IMG/VR virus record: IMGVR_UViG_3300031841_004520
Coordinates: 1 to 64,000 of that record
From: a virus
DNA length: 64,000 nt
Reading direction: 5' to 3' (one strand)
The notes beneath the pieces were generated by a model. That model was not told the DNA's origin. It saw nothing but the letters and a program-made list of their open reading frames with translations, and did not search any database. Every line of letters starts with the position of its first letter. The first letter of the stretch is position 1. Below are positions 16,425 through 27,535 of this stretch, one piece after another. The position numbers were made by a program, and so were the translations under genes.

Positions 16425-17708
16425 ATGCCAAGAGATACATTAATACAAGTAAGAAGAGGGACACTAGCTCAATGGTTGTCTACAAACCCTACTTTGGCTA
16501 ATGGTGAGTTGGGTTTTATTACGGATCAGTGTAGACTTGTTGTGGGTAAAGATGAAGTTAATTTTAGCGGACTATGGAATTCGGATTCTTGCGTAATTCC
16601 ACAAACAGGATTGACAGGTGGGGGTACTGGTAGCGTTAATGATGTTTTCAGATTTGTTAATGTTAGTGGTTCAGAAACCTTAATGGCTAGTGGAGAAGCC
16701 ACTCTTAGTTTAGTTGGAGGTAATAGGATTAATATAGTGGGTGTGTCTGGGACAAACACTATTACTTTTGATGTATCTGGTTTAGTCGCTGCTGATATTA
16801 GTGACTTTATACCTACTGTTACGGGCTTGGTGGCAAATCAGTTTGAGACAGATTTAGTCGCAGGAAATAATATTCAGCTATCGTATAATTCTATTAATGA
16901 CGATTTATCTATCAATACAACTGGTGTGGTTACGCATGATGGTGATGAGAATGTTTTAATAGGAGGTAATCTAAGTGTAGTAGGTGACTTGAACATTCAA
17001 GGATCCAGTTCTATATTTAATAGTACTAATGTAAATATTGGCGATAATTTAATTACTTTAAATATTGTTGATGTTGTGCCTAGTGGTGGTATTAGGGTTG
17101 TTAGGTCTGGCGTTACTCCTACAGGTTTTGCTGATTTCTTATGGCAAGAACATAGAAGTAGATGGGAAGCTCAATTTGGTTTGTATTCCCCACAACTTTT
17201 TGCTGATAGTATTAGTGCTACAACAATATCTGGGACATTAGTTGGTACAGCAGATTGTGCCACAAACGTTTTTGTTGCTGATGTAAATCATACTGGTACA
17301 CAGAATTCTTTACTTTTAACCAATGTGAATGAAACAGGCTGCAATCCTGTAATATCAGACACTTCTTTGTATTATGATTCTAGTGGTAATATTTTAGTTG
17401 CTCCAACTTTTAGTGGTAACTTATCTGGAAGAGCTACTGTAGCTACTACTATAGATGTACCTCACACTAATGCAGACACTAATTATAATATTGTATTAGT
17501 TAATCCACCAGGCTCTGGTAGCTCTTTAGTTGCAGAGTCAGGTCTTAATCTTTATTATAATCCATCAAACAATAAACTATATGGTTCATACATAAACTCT
17601 CCACTTATTTCAGGTGCTTCGGTTGGTCCAGGCAATGCTGGTATCAATAGCTTTATATTAACAAATTATTATATTAGAAGTTCAAAAATAGATGGTGGAT
17701 CTCCATAA
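16425..17708 (+). CDS. Fibre protein with Mtd_N-like N-terminus
   Basis: IQVRRGT..QW...NPTLA.GELG, beta-rich S/T/G/N composition. Confidence 0.75.
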   Translation: MPRDTLIQVRRGTLAQWLSTNPTLANGELGFITDQCRLVVGKDEVNFSGLWNSDSCVIPQTGLTGGGTGSVNDVFRFVNVSGSETLMASGEATLSLVGGNRINIVGVSGTNTITFDVSGLVAADISDFIPTVTGLVANQFETDLVAGNNIQLSYNSINDDLSINTTGVVTHDGDENVLIGGNLSVVGDLNIQGSSSIFNSTNVNIGDNLITLNIVDVVPSGGIRVVRSGVTPTGFADFLWQEHRSRWEAQFGLYSPQLFADSISATTISGTLVGTADCATNVFVADVNHTGTQNSLLLTNVNETGCNPVISDTSLYYDSSGNILVAPTFSGNLSGRATVATTIDVPHTNADTNYNIVLVNPPGSGSSLVAESGLNLYYNPSNNKLYGSYINSPLISGASVGPGNAGINSFILTNYYIRSSKIDGGSP

Positions 17709-17721
17709 GGACGACCGCTAA

Positions 17722-20700
17722 ATGGCTAGGAATAATTTAATACAATTTAGAAAAGGTACATTAAGTCAATTTAATAGTACTAACCCTACTCTTGCCAGTG
17801 GAGAGCCTGGATTTGCTATTGATGCGAATGTGTTAAAGGTAGGAGATGGTATCACTCCCTGGAGTGGTCTTCTGGGATTTAGTGTTGGTAGTGGAATAAG
17901 TAATATCAATGGATTAACCTCCTCATCTTTAGTTATAGACGGTGGTCGTAACATACAGGTTACTACTAGCGGTACTGAGATTATCAATATCTCCTATACA
18001 GGTTTGGATCACATATCAGTATCTGCCATATCTAATGAAACCAATAGTAATAATACTTTTATTCAGGATTTACTTTTTGACCAGTATGGCCATGTCACAG
18101 GCGTTGCTAGTGTTGCTGTTACAGGCATTGGAGACAGTGTTCCTAGCAATGTTTTGGTGTCAGGAGACAACATTAGTTTATTAACTAATGATGCTGACTA
18201 TGAGTCGATACCTCAGTATGCTTTGACGGCCTCTCCAGGTAATGCTAATTATACCTTTAATGGTCCAGGCTTATCTGGTGGTGGTAATGATCCAACATTA
18301 TATTTATATAGAGGCAGAACATATAAGTTTGTTAATAATATGGGTGCTCATCCATTTCAATTTCAGACTACTGCAGGAGTAGGTGGCACTGCTTATACAG
18401 ATGGTATTACTGGTAGTCCTGTTAGTAATGGTACATTGACTTGGGAAATCCAACATGATGCCCCTAATATTTTATATTATCAGTGTACATCACATTCTAG
18501 TATGCAGGGTGTTGTTTATATCTTAGACAAAGACTCTCATCCCACGATATCTACTATATCAAGTGTTGATAATAGCAATAATACTTTTGTTCAAGACTTA
18601 TCATTTGATCAGTACGGTCACGTTACTGGTGTTGTTAGTATTGGGGTTACTGGCATTGCAACTACAGAGGATCTTAGTTCTGTTTCTGGTTATCTACAAG
18701 GACAGATAAATGCCTTGCCTTCCGATACTAATACTTTTGTTAGTGGAATTGTATACAGCACAGGTTCAAGAGATTTAGTATTAACTAGAAATGATGGTGT
18801 TTTATTAACAGGTGATCTTAGTGTTGTTTTACAAAGTGGAGATAATATAAGTCTACTAAATAATAATCTTGGTTACATTACAGGGTTTACAGAAACTATT
18901 AGTTCTGGGGATCCTGTTAGTTTCTTAGTTAATGATGTACCTTACGCAATCAGTGGAACTCATATAGCCATAAGCAATGCTGCTTCTAATGTTAATAATA
19001 CTGATGATGATTTTGTTCAAGATCTTTTGTTTGATGAATTTGGTCATATCACAGGAGTTGTCTCTGCAAAAGCTTCTAGCGGAGTAGTTAACGCAGCATT
19101 AAACACACAAGTACAGGCTGGAGAACATATACTTTTAATCTATGATTCTGGTACAGGTACTGATCCTACAGGAACACTAACAATTAATGTTACTGGTATT
19201 ATAGATGGTGGAGCAACTGTTAATCATTTACCTGTGTTTAGTAATACCGTCACCCCTCTTGTTAATAGTATTATTCATCAAAGTGGAAACACTCTTGGTA
19301 TTAATGATATTGCTAGTGGTGGTAATATTACTTTACATGCTCACGGTATAAATAATACCGGTAGCTGGATAGTAAATGAAAATGCTCAGGGTAATTCTAT
19401 ATATAATACAGTATTCGAAACTAGAGAAAGCGGTACTAGGCTTGGTGCTATGTATAGCTATGGTACTGCCTATGGCGGTGGGTCATTAGCTAGCGTTGGA
19501 TCTGGAGGAACTGCCTTTGCTAGTATTACAGGACCTGTTGCTATTGGACCTGCTGATGCAACTAAAGATTTACTTTTTGGTGCTGGCAATGCCCAATACG
19601 CAAAGATGACAAGCACAGAATTTAGGATTAATCATGATGGACTAAATCGTGATTTTAGAGTTGAAGGAGTTACAGACCAAGATCTGATTGTTGCTGACGC
19701 TAGCACAGGTCGTGTCGGTATAGGAACAGGAGTTCCAGAAGTAAGGTTGCATGTTTCTGCAACAAATGGTGAAGGCACAATTTTATCTCAAACACATGAT
19801 AACAATAGCTGGGCAGGATTACTTGTTCGTAATGAGCACAATCAAAATGTTGCTAGTTTTCAGTATGGTAATAGTGGCGTTTCGCACACTCCATCACTAC
19901 AAAATACTCTTATAGTTGGGAGTAGACAGTCTGGAGTGCCGGTAAAATTCTATCAAGGAGCAGAACTTGATGGTGCGTTTAGACATAATAACGAAAGAAT
20001 AATTTTTGATACTAGTGGAAATACCACATTAACAGCAGCGTCTGGTCAGAACGTTGTGGTTAGTGGAAGCAATGATTTTATAGTTTATGGAATTGGTACT
20101 CATCCTTTAATCTACACAGATCCTGATAGTGGACCTGGTAGAGTTGGTATTGGGAGAATACCAGATAATTATGTTTTAGACGTTTCAGGTTCTCTTAGGG
20201 TTAGCCCTATTAGCACAGCAACTAGAATATTCACCGTTAACAATACTTCTGGAACTACAGCATTTGAAGTAGAGCCCAATTCGGTTTATACTAGATTGCC
20301 TCTTGGTGTTAATATTACCGGTTCTGTAAATACAGCCTATGGTATTGAAGTATATGACACAGGCATTATGTCAACCGGAACATTCTTTTTTGCTGCTGGT
20401 AATGGTATTGATGCTGTAGGGGCTTATGTCAAAAATATTAACCCCTCAGGAGACTCTTTTTATGCTTTAGGTATTGATGGTGGTGCTGTCAACTGGGTTT
20501 TGATGAATGATGCTAGTGGTCGTGGAACAGAAGACACTTTTGTTTTAATGAAAGGTAATGTAGCTAGTGATGATGTAAAGTTGGCTGTTACTGCTAGTGG
20601 CAATGTTGGTATAGGTACAGATAGTCCTAGTACTAAATTAGAAGTAGCTAATAATGGTAATACCACGATTAGAGCAAACAATACATCAGACAACATTATT

Positions 20701-23700
20701 AATATTTTGAATGTTGACTCTGATAAGGGTTACATAGGAACAATAACAGATCATGATCTGAGGATAGGTACAAACAGTAATGGTAGAATAATTATTTCCA
20801 ACACTGGAAATGTTGGAATTGGTGTTGATCCAGATGTATTTCTAAGTGGTATGCCTTCTCATCATCCTTCTTTTGTCCTTGGTGATGGCAATGGTCATAC
20901 TAGTCAAACTATCTATTCAGCTTCCACCAGTGCTGGAGTCATATACTTTGCAGATGGAGTTGACGAAACTTCACGTTCAAGAGGCTGGATATCGTATGAT
21001 CATAATTCAGGATTAGATCGTATGCGGTTTGCTACATCTAATGTTGCAAGAATGTTTATAGATTCTGTTGGTAGTGTTGGTATTGGTACAGATTCTCCAG
21101 TAACAAAACTAGATGTTAGTGGTACAATAACTGCTAGTAGCGGCAATTCAACTCAGTGGAATACTGCTTACGGATGGGGAGACCATTCACAAGCTGCGTA
21201 TATCACAGGACATCCTGTTATTAGTGCTGCTAACACGAGTTCAAATGCTGGTAATGTTTTTATACAGAATTTAACCCTAGATGCTAATGGACACATTCTT
21301 GCTATAGATGTTGCCCTACCTACTGGTGTTGGTGGCGGTGGTAGTGGTATATCTAGTTTATTAGAAGATCAAAATCCTCAGCTTGGTGGTAATTTAGATT
21401 TAAATAATAAAAATATAGATGGTGCAGGTAGTATCGATATTGATGGACCTATTACTGCTGAAGAACTTACCATAAGCAGTTCCGATCCTTATATATATCA
21501 ACGGAGTACAGACTCAACAGAGATAGTTAAGACATATCATTATGACACGGGAAGTCAGCTTGGAGGACTTCTTTCATATGGAAAATCCTCTAGTGCATTT
21601 ACAAGTTTCAATACTCTGCTGGGATTAGGTGCTGGCAGTTTTCATTTATTCTCTAGTTATGGACATTTAGGTATTAATACCTACGGAGTTGCTAAAGATA
21701 TTGTATTTGGAACAGACAATACAGAAAGAGCTAGAATAACTTCTGTAGGTGATATTGGTATTGGGACGAATTCTCCTGTTTCCAAACTTGATATTAGAGA
21801 TGGAGATATCCTAGTAGGAACTAAATTGGTGGTTGGTAGTGGAGTATATAGTCAAACTTCACCTGGAGCTTATTTCGGATTAAAACACACTAGTCTCACA
21901 GGTCCATCCGAATATATGATCATGAGCGCTGGTACTCACACTTATCTTAGCGCTAAAGAAGATAGCGATGTTATTATTAGAGGTGGTGGGAATAAAGTTG
22001 ATCATCAGGTTGTTGTATCTGAAAGTGGAGTTACTATCGGTAAGTATAGACCTGCAGCCAGTAGTGTTGTAGCTGAACATGATGTTGAGCTTGTGTATGA
22101 CGATGGTGGTTGTGTCAGAGTTGCTGATCGTGGTGGTAGTGGAGTTATGATTGGAGATTGCGCATACTCTCTTGGTGATACATATGCTGGCATGAAGCAT
22201 ACTCATCATAGTGGTAGTCAAGACTATATGATGATTAGTCAAGGATATTCTACATTGGTTTCTAGTAAATCTGGTTATAGTACATATCTACGAGCTGGCG
22301 GTAATGCTACAACTTATCAAACTATTATTGGGTCTGATGCCTGGGGAATTGGTCCTAATGCTAACAGATTAAGAGTTAATAGTCAGTCTGTTCTTGTTAA
22401 CAACGGTACGGGTAATTATGACTTTAAGGTTTATGGCCAAAATAATGCAACGCCATTAATTCATGCTGATGCTGCATTGAGCAGAGTTGGAATTGGTACA
22501 GCTACTCCTGCTTCTACGCTGGACGTTGATGGAACGATAACTGCTACGACCCTAGTTAAATCTGGGGGAACATCTTCACAATTCTTAAAGGCTGATGGGA
22601 GTGTTGATACTAGTACATACTTAACTGGAAGTAGTACTATTGGTAGTCTTACAGATGTCACACTAACCACACCCATAAACAATGATCAAGTGCTTTCGTA
22701 TTCATCTGTTGGTGGTTTTACAAATACTGATCTTGGTCTTAACTTAATGAAAAGAGGAAGCATTCCATTTGGTGGATATAGTGATTCTCAAATGGGTCAT
22801 TATTTCTTTTTTGATGGAAGTTCCGAAGCTGTTATAAATACAGATGGTGACGATATAAACTTTAGGGTTGAGGGTAGTGGTGGTACTAATTTATTATTTA
22901 CCGATGCTGGAACAGATAGAGTTGGTATTGGAAATAACTCGCCTACACATAAATTAGATGTTGCGGGTGAAACTAGGATTATGCCTAGATCTTCTCCAAG
23001 TGGCCACACTCTTTATCTTGGTAGACATCCATATCAAGCTAATATTAAAGCCGAAGGCTCTAATCAAGAAAACCAATGGATGATTATAGATAGTGCTGGC
23101 TCAGGCATGAGAACTGCCTTAAATTACTTTGTCGACGATGATGTATTATTAGCTTATGGCGGTGGTAATGTCGGCGTTGGTACTACTAGTCCTAACAATC
23201 AATTAGATATTTACGCAACTGGCGTACACGCTGGAGCAACTATTCGTGGCACTAATGCTCCCGGCTTAAAACTTTGGGATATGTCATATGGCACTTATAA
23301 TAACGGCGGATCAAAGATTGTAGAACAAGCTAGCAGTTTGCATAGCGGGGTTTTAATTATTGACGCTGATACCGATAATGTTGGTCATGGATCTTATATG
23401 TCGCTTCGCGTTGATGGCACTGAACGTGTTCAAATTACAGAACATGGAAATCTTGGTATTGGCGTTGATCCAGATTTATTTATACGCGACCTTCCATCCC
23501 ATCACCCTTCTCTTGTCCTTGGTGACGGTAATGGTCATACTAGTCAAACCTTTTACTCATCTAGCAGTAGTTCTGCTGTTATATATTTTGCAGATGGAAC
23601 AGGTATTAGTCATTACCCTGGATATATACAATATACTCATTCTGAAGACCATATGCAGTTTGCCACAAACAATCTGGTCCGTATGCGTATAGATTCTGCT

Positions 23701-25449
23701 GGTAATGTTGGTATTGGTACACCTTCTCCAGCACACAAATTAGATGTGGTTTATCCTGATAGTGGATGTGTGAGATTTGCTGATCCGTCTGGCAGTGGAA
23801 TTATGATAGGTGATTGCGCTTTATCATCTAATGCTACTTATGCGGGTATGCAGCACACCAAAATGGTTGGTAGTTACATGATGGTGAGCGATGGTGACGA
23901 CACCTATATTAGTGCCAGAGATACTCAAAGTGTGTTTATTAGAGGTGGTGGAAATGCTGCTGAAGCAGAAATTGCTATTCATGATGTCGGTGCTGGTGGA
24001 GTGGGTATTGTGTTCAACAGCCAGAGTGCTGATAGAGATATTAGAATAGCAGGCACTGGTGACGCGAATCTCTTTAGGGTTGATGCTGATGAGGATAGAA
24101 TTGGTATCGGCACGGCTACACCAGCTTATAAGTTACATGTACAGGGTACTGCATATATTTACAATGGAATTATAAGTCCAACAACAGCATTTAGAACTGC
24201 TGATATTCCATTATCTGGTCCTCCTATTTATGATGGGTTTATTGCTTATCAAAATAGCGATTGTTGGGGTTTAGGTAATAGTGCTAACGACGGTTTTGTG
24301 TTTGAAAAAACAGATGGTAATCAAGGCGGTGCTGACGGCGGCATATTTTTTAATATAAGAGGTAGCGGTGGCACTACTGAAACAGCGATGAGTATAAATG
24401 GACAAAAAGAAATCTTTATTGGACAAACAGGAACCTATGTACAACAAGGATATTCGTTAAATGTTAAAGGTGGAGCAACTCTAGATTCTCTTAATATCAA
24501 TAGTCAGTATACACTTCCTACGGCAGATGGTACAGCTGGACAGAGTTTGGTAACAGATGGTGCTGGCAATATTGTATTTAGTAGTATTAGTGGAGGGGGA
24601 GCAGGTGGTTCTGGTAATTTAGTAAGAGGATCTGAGGTAGTAACTGCTACTACGGGACTCTTTGATGTTTCAGGAGGTTATAGCGTTGGTACACTTGATG
24701 TTTATCAAAATGGCGTTAAATTATTTGAAGGAGCTGCTTATGACTATACTGCTACAAACGGCACATCCTTTACGTTAGCCAACTCAGCCAATAGTGGAGA
24801 TTTAATAGAATACATAGGGCTTAATACTTCTACAAATGCGGTGGGTAATACCTCTTTGGGTACTGTAACTGTTACAAGTAATCAAACCGTATTCAACACA
24901 AGCGACACATTTACTAGCTCTAACTTGGCTGTATTTCTAAATGGTGTTAAGTTAGTAGACGGTACTGACTATAACGTAACCAGTAGTTCTCAGTTTACAT
25001 TAACATCTACCGCAGTCTCTGGAGACATTGTTGAATATATAGCTTATGGAGCTACAGTAGCCAGCTCTAATCTGCAAAAAACTGGTGATACAATGACGGG
25101 CAACTTAACTGTCAATGCAGATCTTATAGTTAAAGGTTACAAAGAAACACATACAGATAATGGCAATACTGGTACTTCACAAACTATAGACATTAGTAGT
25201 AGTACTTTACAAACATATACATTAACAGGTAATTGTACGTTTACAATGCCTACCGCAGAGGCTGGTAGAAGTTTTACAATGTTTCTTAAGACAGGAGCTG
25301 GCAGCTTCAGTGCTACATTTACTGGTGTTAAATTCCCTTTAAATATTGCCCCTATAATTACTACTGATGCTAATAGAATGGATTTAATTACATTTTACTC
25401 TGATGGGACAAATTGGTACGGCAATACACAGCAGGAGTACCATATATGA
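17722..25449 (+). CDS. Giant (2575 aa) modular fibre/adhesin protein
   Basis: Mtd_N-like start, cupredoxin-like domain, repeated FxQDLxFDxxGHVTGV units, many G-x-VGIG-T-x-x-P repeats, two V(Y/F)xNGVKL modules, C-terminal SDGTNWYG domain. Confidence 0.85.
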   Translation: MARNNLIQFRKGTLSQFNSTNPTLASGEPGFAIDANVLKVGDGITPWSGLLGFSVGSGISNINGLTSSSLVIDGGRNIQVTTSGTEIINISYTGLDHISVSAISNETNSNNTFIQDLLFDQYGHVTGVASVAVTGIGDSVPSNVLVSGDNISLLTNDADYESIPQYALTASPGNANYTFNGPGLSGGGNDPTLYLYRGRTYKFVNNMGAHPFQFQTTAGVGGTAYTDGITGSPVSNGTLTWEIQHDAPNILYYQCTSHSSMQGVVYILDKDSHPTISTISSVDNSNNTFVQDLSFDQYGHVTGVVSIGVTGIATTEDLSSVSGYLQGQINALPSDTNTFVSGIVYSTGSRDLVLTRNDGVLLTGDLSVVLQSGDNISLLNNNLGYITGFTETISSGDPVSFLVNDVPYAISGTHIAISNAASNVNNTDDDFVQDLLFDEFGHITGVVSAKASSGVVNAALNTQVQAGEHILLIYDSGTGTDPTGTLTINVTGIIDGGATVNHLPVFSNTVTPLVNSIIHQSGNTLGINDIASGGNITLHAHGINNTGSWIVNENAQGNSIYNTVFETRESGTRLGAMYSYGTAYGGGSLASVGSGGTAFASITGPVAIGPADATKDLLFGAGNAQYAKMTSTEFRINHDGLNRDFRVEGVTDQDLIVADASTGRVGIGTGVPEVRLHVSATNGEGTILSQTHDNNSWAGLLVRNEHNQNVASFQYGNSGVSHTPSLQNTLIVGSRQSGVPVKFYQGAELDGAFRHNNERIIFDTSGNTTLTAASGQNVVVSGSNDFIVYGIGTHPLIYTDPDSGPGRVGIGRIPDNYVLDVSGSLRVSPISTATRIFTVNNTSGTTAFEVEPNSVYTRLPLGVNITGSVNTAYGIEVYDTGIMSTGTFFFAAGNGIDAVGAYVKNINPSGDSFYALGIDGGAVNWVLMNDASGRGTEDTFVLMKGNVASDDVKLAVTASGNVGIGTDSPSTKLEVANNGNTTIRANNTSDNIINILNVDSDKGYIGTITDHDLRIGTNSNGRIIISNTGNVGIGVDPDVFLSGMPSHHPSFVLGDGNGHTSQTIYSASTSAGVIYFADGVDETSRSRGWISYDHNSGLDRMRFATSNVARMFIDSVGSVGIGTDSPVTKLDVSGTITASSGNSTQWNTAYGWGDHSQAAYITGHPVISAANTSSNAGNVFIQNLTLDANGHILAIDVALPTGVGGGGSGISSLLEDQNPQLGGNLDLNNKNIDGAGSIDIDGPITAEELTISSSDPYIYQRSTDSTEIVKTYHYDTGSQLGGLLSYGKSSSAFTSFNTLLGLGAGSFHLFSSYGHLGINTYGVAKDIVFGTDNTERARITSVGDIGIGTNSPVSKLDIRDGDILVGTKLVVGSGVYSQTSPGAYFGLKHTSLTGPSEYMIMSAGTHTYLSAKEDSDVIIRGGGNKVDHQVVVSESGVTIGKYRPAASSVVAEHDVELVYDDGGCVRVADRGGSGVMIGDCAYSLGDTYAGMKHTHHSGSQDYMMISQGYSTLVSSKSGYSTYLRAGGNATTYQTIIGSDAWGIGPNANRLRVNSQSVLVNNGTGNYDFKVYGQNNATPLIHADAALSRVGIGTATPASTLDVDGTITATTLVKSGGTSSQFLKADGSVDTSTYLTGSSTIGSLTDVTLTTPINNDQVLSYSSVGGFTNTDLGLNLMKRGSIPFGGYSDSQMGHYFFFDGSSEAVINTDGDDINFRVEGSGGTNLLFTDAGTDRVGIGNNSPTHKLDVAGETRIMPRSSPSGHTLYLGRHPYQANIKAEGSNQENQWMIIDSAGSGMRTALNYFVDDDVLLAYGGGNVGVGTTSPNNQLDIYATGVHAGATIRGTNAPGLKLWDMSYGTYNNGGSKIVEQASSLHSGVLIIDADTDNVGHGSYMSLRVDGTERVQITEHGNLGIGVDPDLFIRDLPSHHPSLVLGDGNGHTSQTFYSSSSSSAVIYFADGTGISHYPGYIQYTHSEDHMQFATNNLVRMRIDSAGNVGIGTPSPAHKLDVVYPDSGCVRFADPSGSGIMIGDCALSSNATYAGMQHTKMVGSYMMVSDGDDTYISARDTQSVFIRGGGNAAEAEIAIHDVGAGGVGIVFNSQSADRDIRIAGTGDANLFRVDADEDRIGIGTATPAYKLHVQGTAYIYNGIISPTTAFRTADIPLSGPPIYDGFIAYQNSDCWGLGNSANDGFVFEKTDGNQGGADGGIFFNIRGSGGTTETAMSINGQKEIFIGQTGTYVQQGYSLNVKGGATLDSLNINSQYTLPTADGTAGQSLVTDGAGNIVFSSISGGGAGGSGNLVRGSEVVTATTGLFDVSGGYSVGTLDVYQNGVKLFEGAAYDYTATNGTSFTLANSANSGDLIEYIGLNTSTNAVGNTSLGTVTVTSNQTVFNTSDTFTSSNLAVFLNGVKLVDGTDYNVTSSSQFTLTSTAVSGDIVEYIAYGATVASSNLQKTGDTMTGNLTVNADLIVKGYKETHTDNGNTGTSQTIDISSSTLQTYTLTGNCTFTMPTAEAGRSFTMFLKTGAGSFSATFTGVKFPLNIAPIITTDANRMDLITFYSDGTNWYGNTQQEYHI

Positions 25450-26306
25450 TTTTTATACCAAAGAAAACCTTAATGACAAATAAGTTATTCCGCGCCGATG
25501 GGGGTAGTGTTGCATTTGATGGTGAGTATCGTGTTCACACGTTTACGTCTAGTGGAACATTTTCTACCACTCTAGATTTAACCGTTGACATATTAGTTGT
25601 TGCTGGAGGTGGAGGTGGAGGTCAAGGTGGTGGTGGTGGAGGTGCTGGAGGATTAATTTATAATACTAATATTTCATTAGCTGCTGGTAGTTATACTGTA
25701 ACTATAGGTTCTGGTGGAGCCAGAGCAGTTCAGATACAAAATGCTGTCCACCCAGTACTGAATTATCAGGGTTCTAATGGAGGTAATTCTACTTTTGACT
25801 CTCTATATACTGCAGTAGGTGGTGGAGGTGGAGGTTCTCATAATACTGGTAGTAGTTTTAGTTGGAGTAGTAATCCTAGTGGTCGATCTAGAGATGATGG
25901 AAGATCTGGCGGTAGCGGAGGTGGAGCTGCATTTAATTGGAATATTAGTTCTCTTGGAGGTTGTCAAAGACCAACAGGAGGAGCTGGTACTGCTGGTCAG
26001 GGTAATAGCGGAGGAAGCAGTTGTAGTGGTGGCAATTGCAATACTCCTAGAAGGGCTGGAGGAGGTGGAGGCGCGGGTGGCGCTGGTGTAAGTTGTGGTT
26101 CAGCAAATGGAGGGGTTGGATTACAGGTAAATATTACAGGGTCGTCAGTGTATTATGCTGGTGGAGGAGGTGGTTGGAGTGGTGGCACAGGAGGTCAAGG
26201 TGGTGGCGGAAACTATGCTGTAGTAGCTACGCCAAATACCGGAGGGGGTGGAGGATCTAGTGCTGATGGAGCAGATGGCATAGTAATAGTGAGGTACACA
26301 AGATGA
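25446..26306 (+). CDS. Glycine-rich domain virion protein
   Basis: HTFTSSGTF...VVAGGGGGG...GGAGG...YYAGGGGG...G.DGIVIVRY. ATGA overlap with the fibre gene. Confidence 0.8.
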   Translation: MIFIPKKTLMTNKLFRADGGSVAFDGEYRVHTFTSSGTFSTTLDLTVDILVVAGGGGGGQGGGGGGAGGLIYNTNISLAAGSYTVTIGSGGARAVQIQNAVHPVLNYQGSNGGNSTFDSLYTAVGGGGGGSHNTGSSFSWSSNPSGRSRDDGRSGGSGGGAAFNWNISSLGGCQRPTGGAGTAGQGNSGGSSCSGGNCNTPRRAGGGGGAGGAGVSCGSANGGVGLQVNITGSSVYYAGGGGGWSGGTGGQGGGGNYAVVATPNTGGGGGSSADGADGIVIVRYTR

Positions 26307-26656
26307 CAAGAGCAAGAGAAACAAGTGAAAACGCAAGACAAGCAAAGGCTTGGGTTAATTTTCAAGACGGTGGAACTATAACCAGCGCTTTCAATATAAG
26401 TAGTGTAACAGAATCGCCAAGTACTGCGCTTCCGGCTGGTCATTTTAGAGTAAATTTTGAAAACGCCATGCCAGATACTGATTATGTAACTTTAATAACT
26501 CAAACAGATAATGGATGGGGAAATAAAACTTCTTTGGTTCAAACTCATTCTACGGACTACACTGCAAATTCTTTTGCAATAGTTGCAGTACAAGGTCAAC
26601 AAAATGCCGTATCAGAATCGCCAGTAGCAACAATGGCTGTTTGTTTCCACGATTAA
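26303..26656 (+). CDS. Fibre-associated protein (AKAWVNF domain)
   Basis: Shares AKAWVNF...FNISS/T...G.(F/Y).VNF with 27536-28240. Confidence 0.7.
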   Translation: MTRARETSENARQAKAWVNFQDGGTITSAFNISSVTESPSTALPAGHFRVNFENAMPDTDYVTLITQTDNGWGNKTSLVQTHSTDYTANSFAIVAVQGQQNAVSESPVATMAVCFHD

Positions 26657-26669
26657 ACAAGGAGAAAAA

Positions 26670-26927
26670 ATGAAAAGAATAATTTATCCAAATGATGACG
26701 GTGGAGTGGCAGTAATTCACCCATCGCCTAACACAAAATATACAATAGAAGAACTTGCTCTTAAGGATGTTCCTGCTGGCAAACCTTACATAATTATAGA
26801 AGATACAGATATTCCTACAGATAGAACATTTCGTAATGCCTGGGAATATGATTTTGGAACTTTAGATAATGTAGATGGTTTCGGATTGGGCTCTGAAGAA
26901 TTTTTTAACCAAGGCTTAGGAGGTTGA
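26670..26927 (+). CDS. Putative tail-fibre assembly protein
   Basis: IIYPN.DGGVAVIHP...KDVPAG.PY.I...P.DR.FRNAW motif typical of fibre loci. Confidence 0.65.
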   Translation: MKRIIYPNDDGGVAVIHPSPNTKYTIEELALKDVPAGKPYIIIEDTDIPTDRTFRNAWEYDFGTLDNVDGFGLGSEEFFNQGLGG

Positions 26928-26928
26928 A

Positions 26929-27534
26929 ATGATTAATGTAAATATGGATAAAGCTAAAGAGATATGGAAAGATAAGATTCGTGAGGATCGAAAACCTTAC
27001 TTTGAATCTTTAGATGTAGACTACCTTAAAGCTACAGAAGCTCAGAATGTAACATTGAAAAGCCACATAGAGACAAAGAAACAACAGCTCCGTGATGCTC
27101 CAGAAGATTCTAGGATTAACGAAGCTGAAACCCCAGAGTTACTAAAGTCAGTAGATCCTGTATCTGAAATTATGTATATAACAGAATTAGATCAGGCTAA
27201 GTTAGACAAGCTTACAGAGATAGATGAGGATTGGAAAGTAATACTTAATACAGGTTTTGAAACACCAGAAGGTTGGAGCCTTGGTATTACTACAGATGAC
27301 GTAGCATTATTGAACGGAGCGTACTCTCTTGCAAAAGAAGCTGCTGCTCTTGGTTCTACAGACCCTGTTACTATTTTAGATACTAATGGAGAACCTCATT
27401 CATTAAGCGTAGCGGAAATGACACCAATTATGTTGGCGTATGGTGCTGCGAGAGCTAATCTAAGTGGCGCAGACGCTGCAAGAAGAAAACTGGTTAAAGA
27501 CGCAACAACAATAGAAGAACTAGCGGAGATATAA
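26929..27534 (+). CDS. Putative tail-fibre assembly chaperone
   Basis: VNMDKAKEI...IR..R...LDV.Y.KA.E...KQQLRD.P followed by a DUF4376-like C-half. Confidence 0.6.
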   Translation: MINVNMDKAKEIWKDKIREDRKPYFESLDVDYLKATEAQNVTLKSHIETKKQQLRDAPEDSRINEAETPELLKSVDPVSEIMYITELDQAKLDKLTEIDEDWKVILNTGFETPEGWSLGITTDDVALLNGAYSLAKEAAALGSTDPVTILDTNGEPHSLSVAEMTPIMLAYGAARANLSGADAARRKLVKDATTIEELAEI

Positions 27535-27535
27535 A

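Noticed and set aside
20820-23560. Duplicated fibre segments as a DGR template/variable repeat pair (prompted by the Mtd_N-like domains)
   Set aside because: Differences are not adenine-specific (T/C, G/T and C/A changes, many synonymous), both copies are in-frame coding, and no reverse transcriptase is present.
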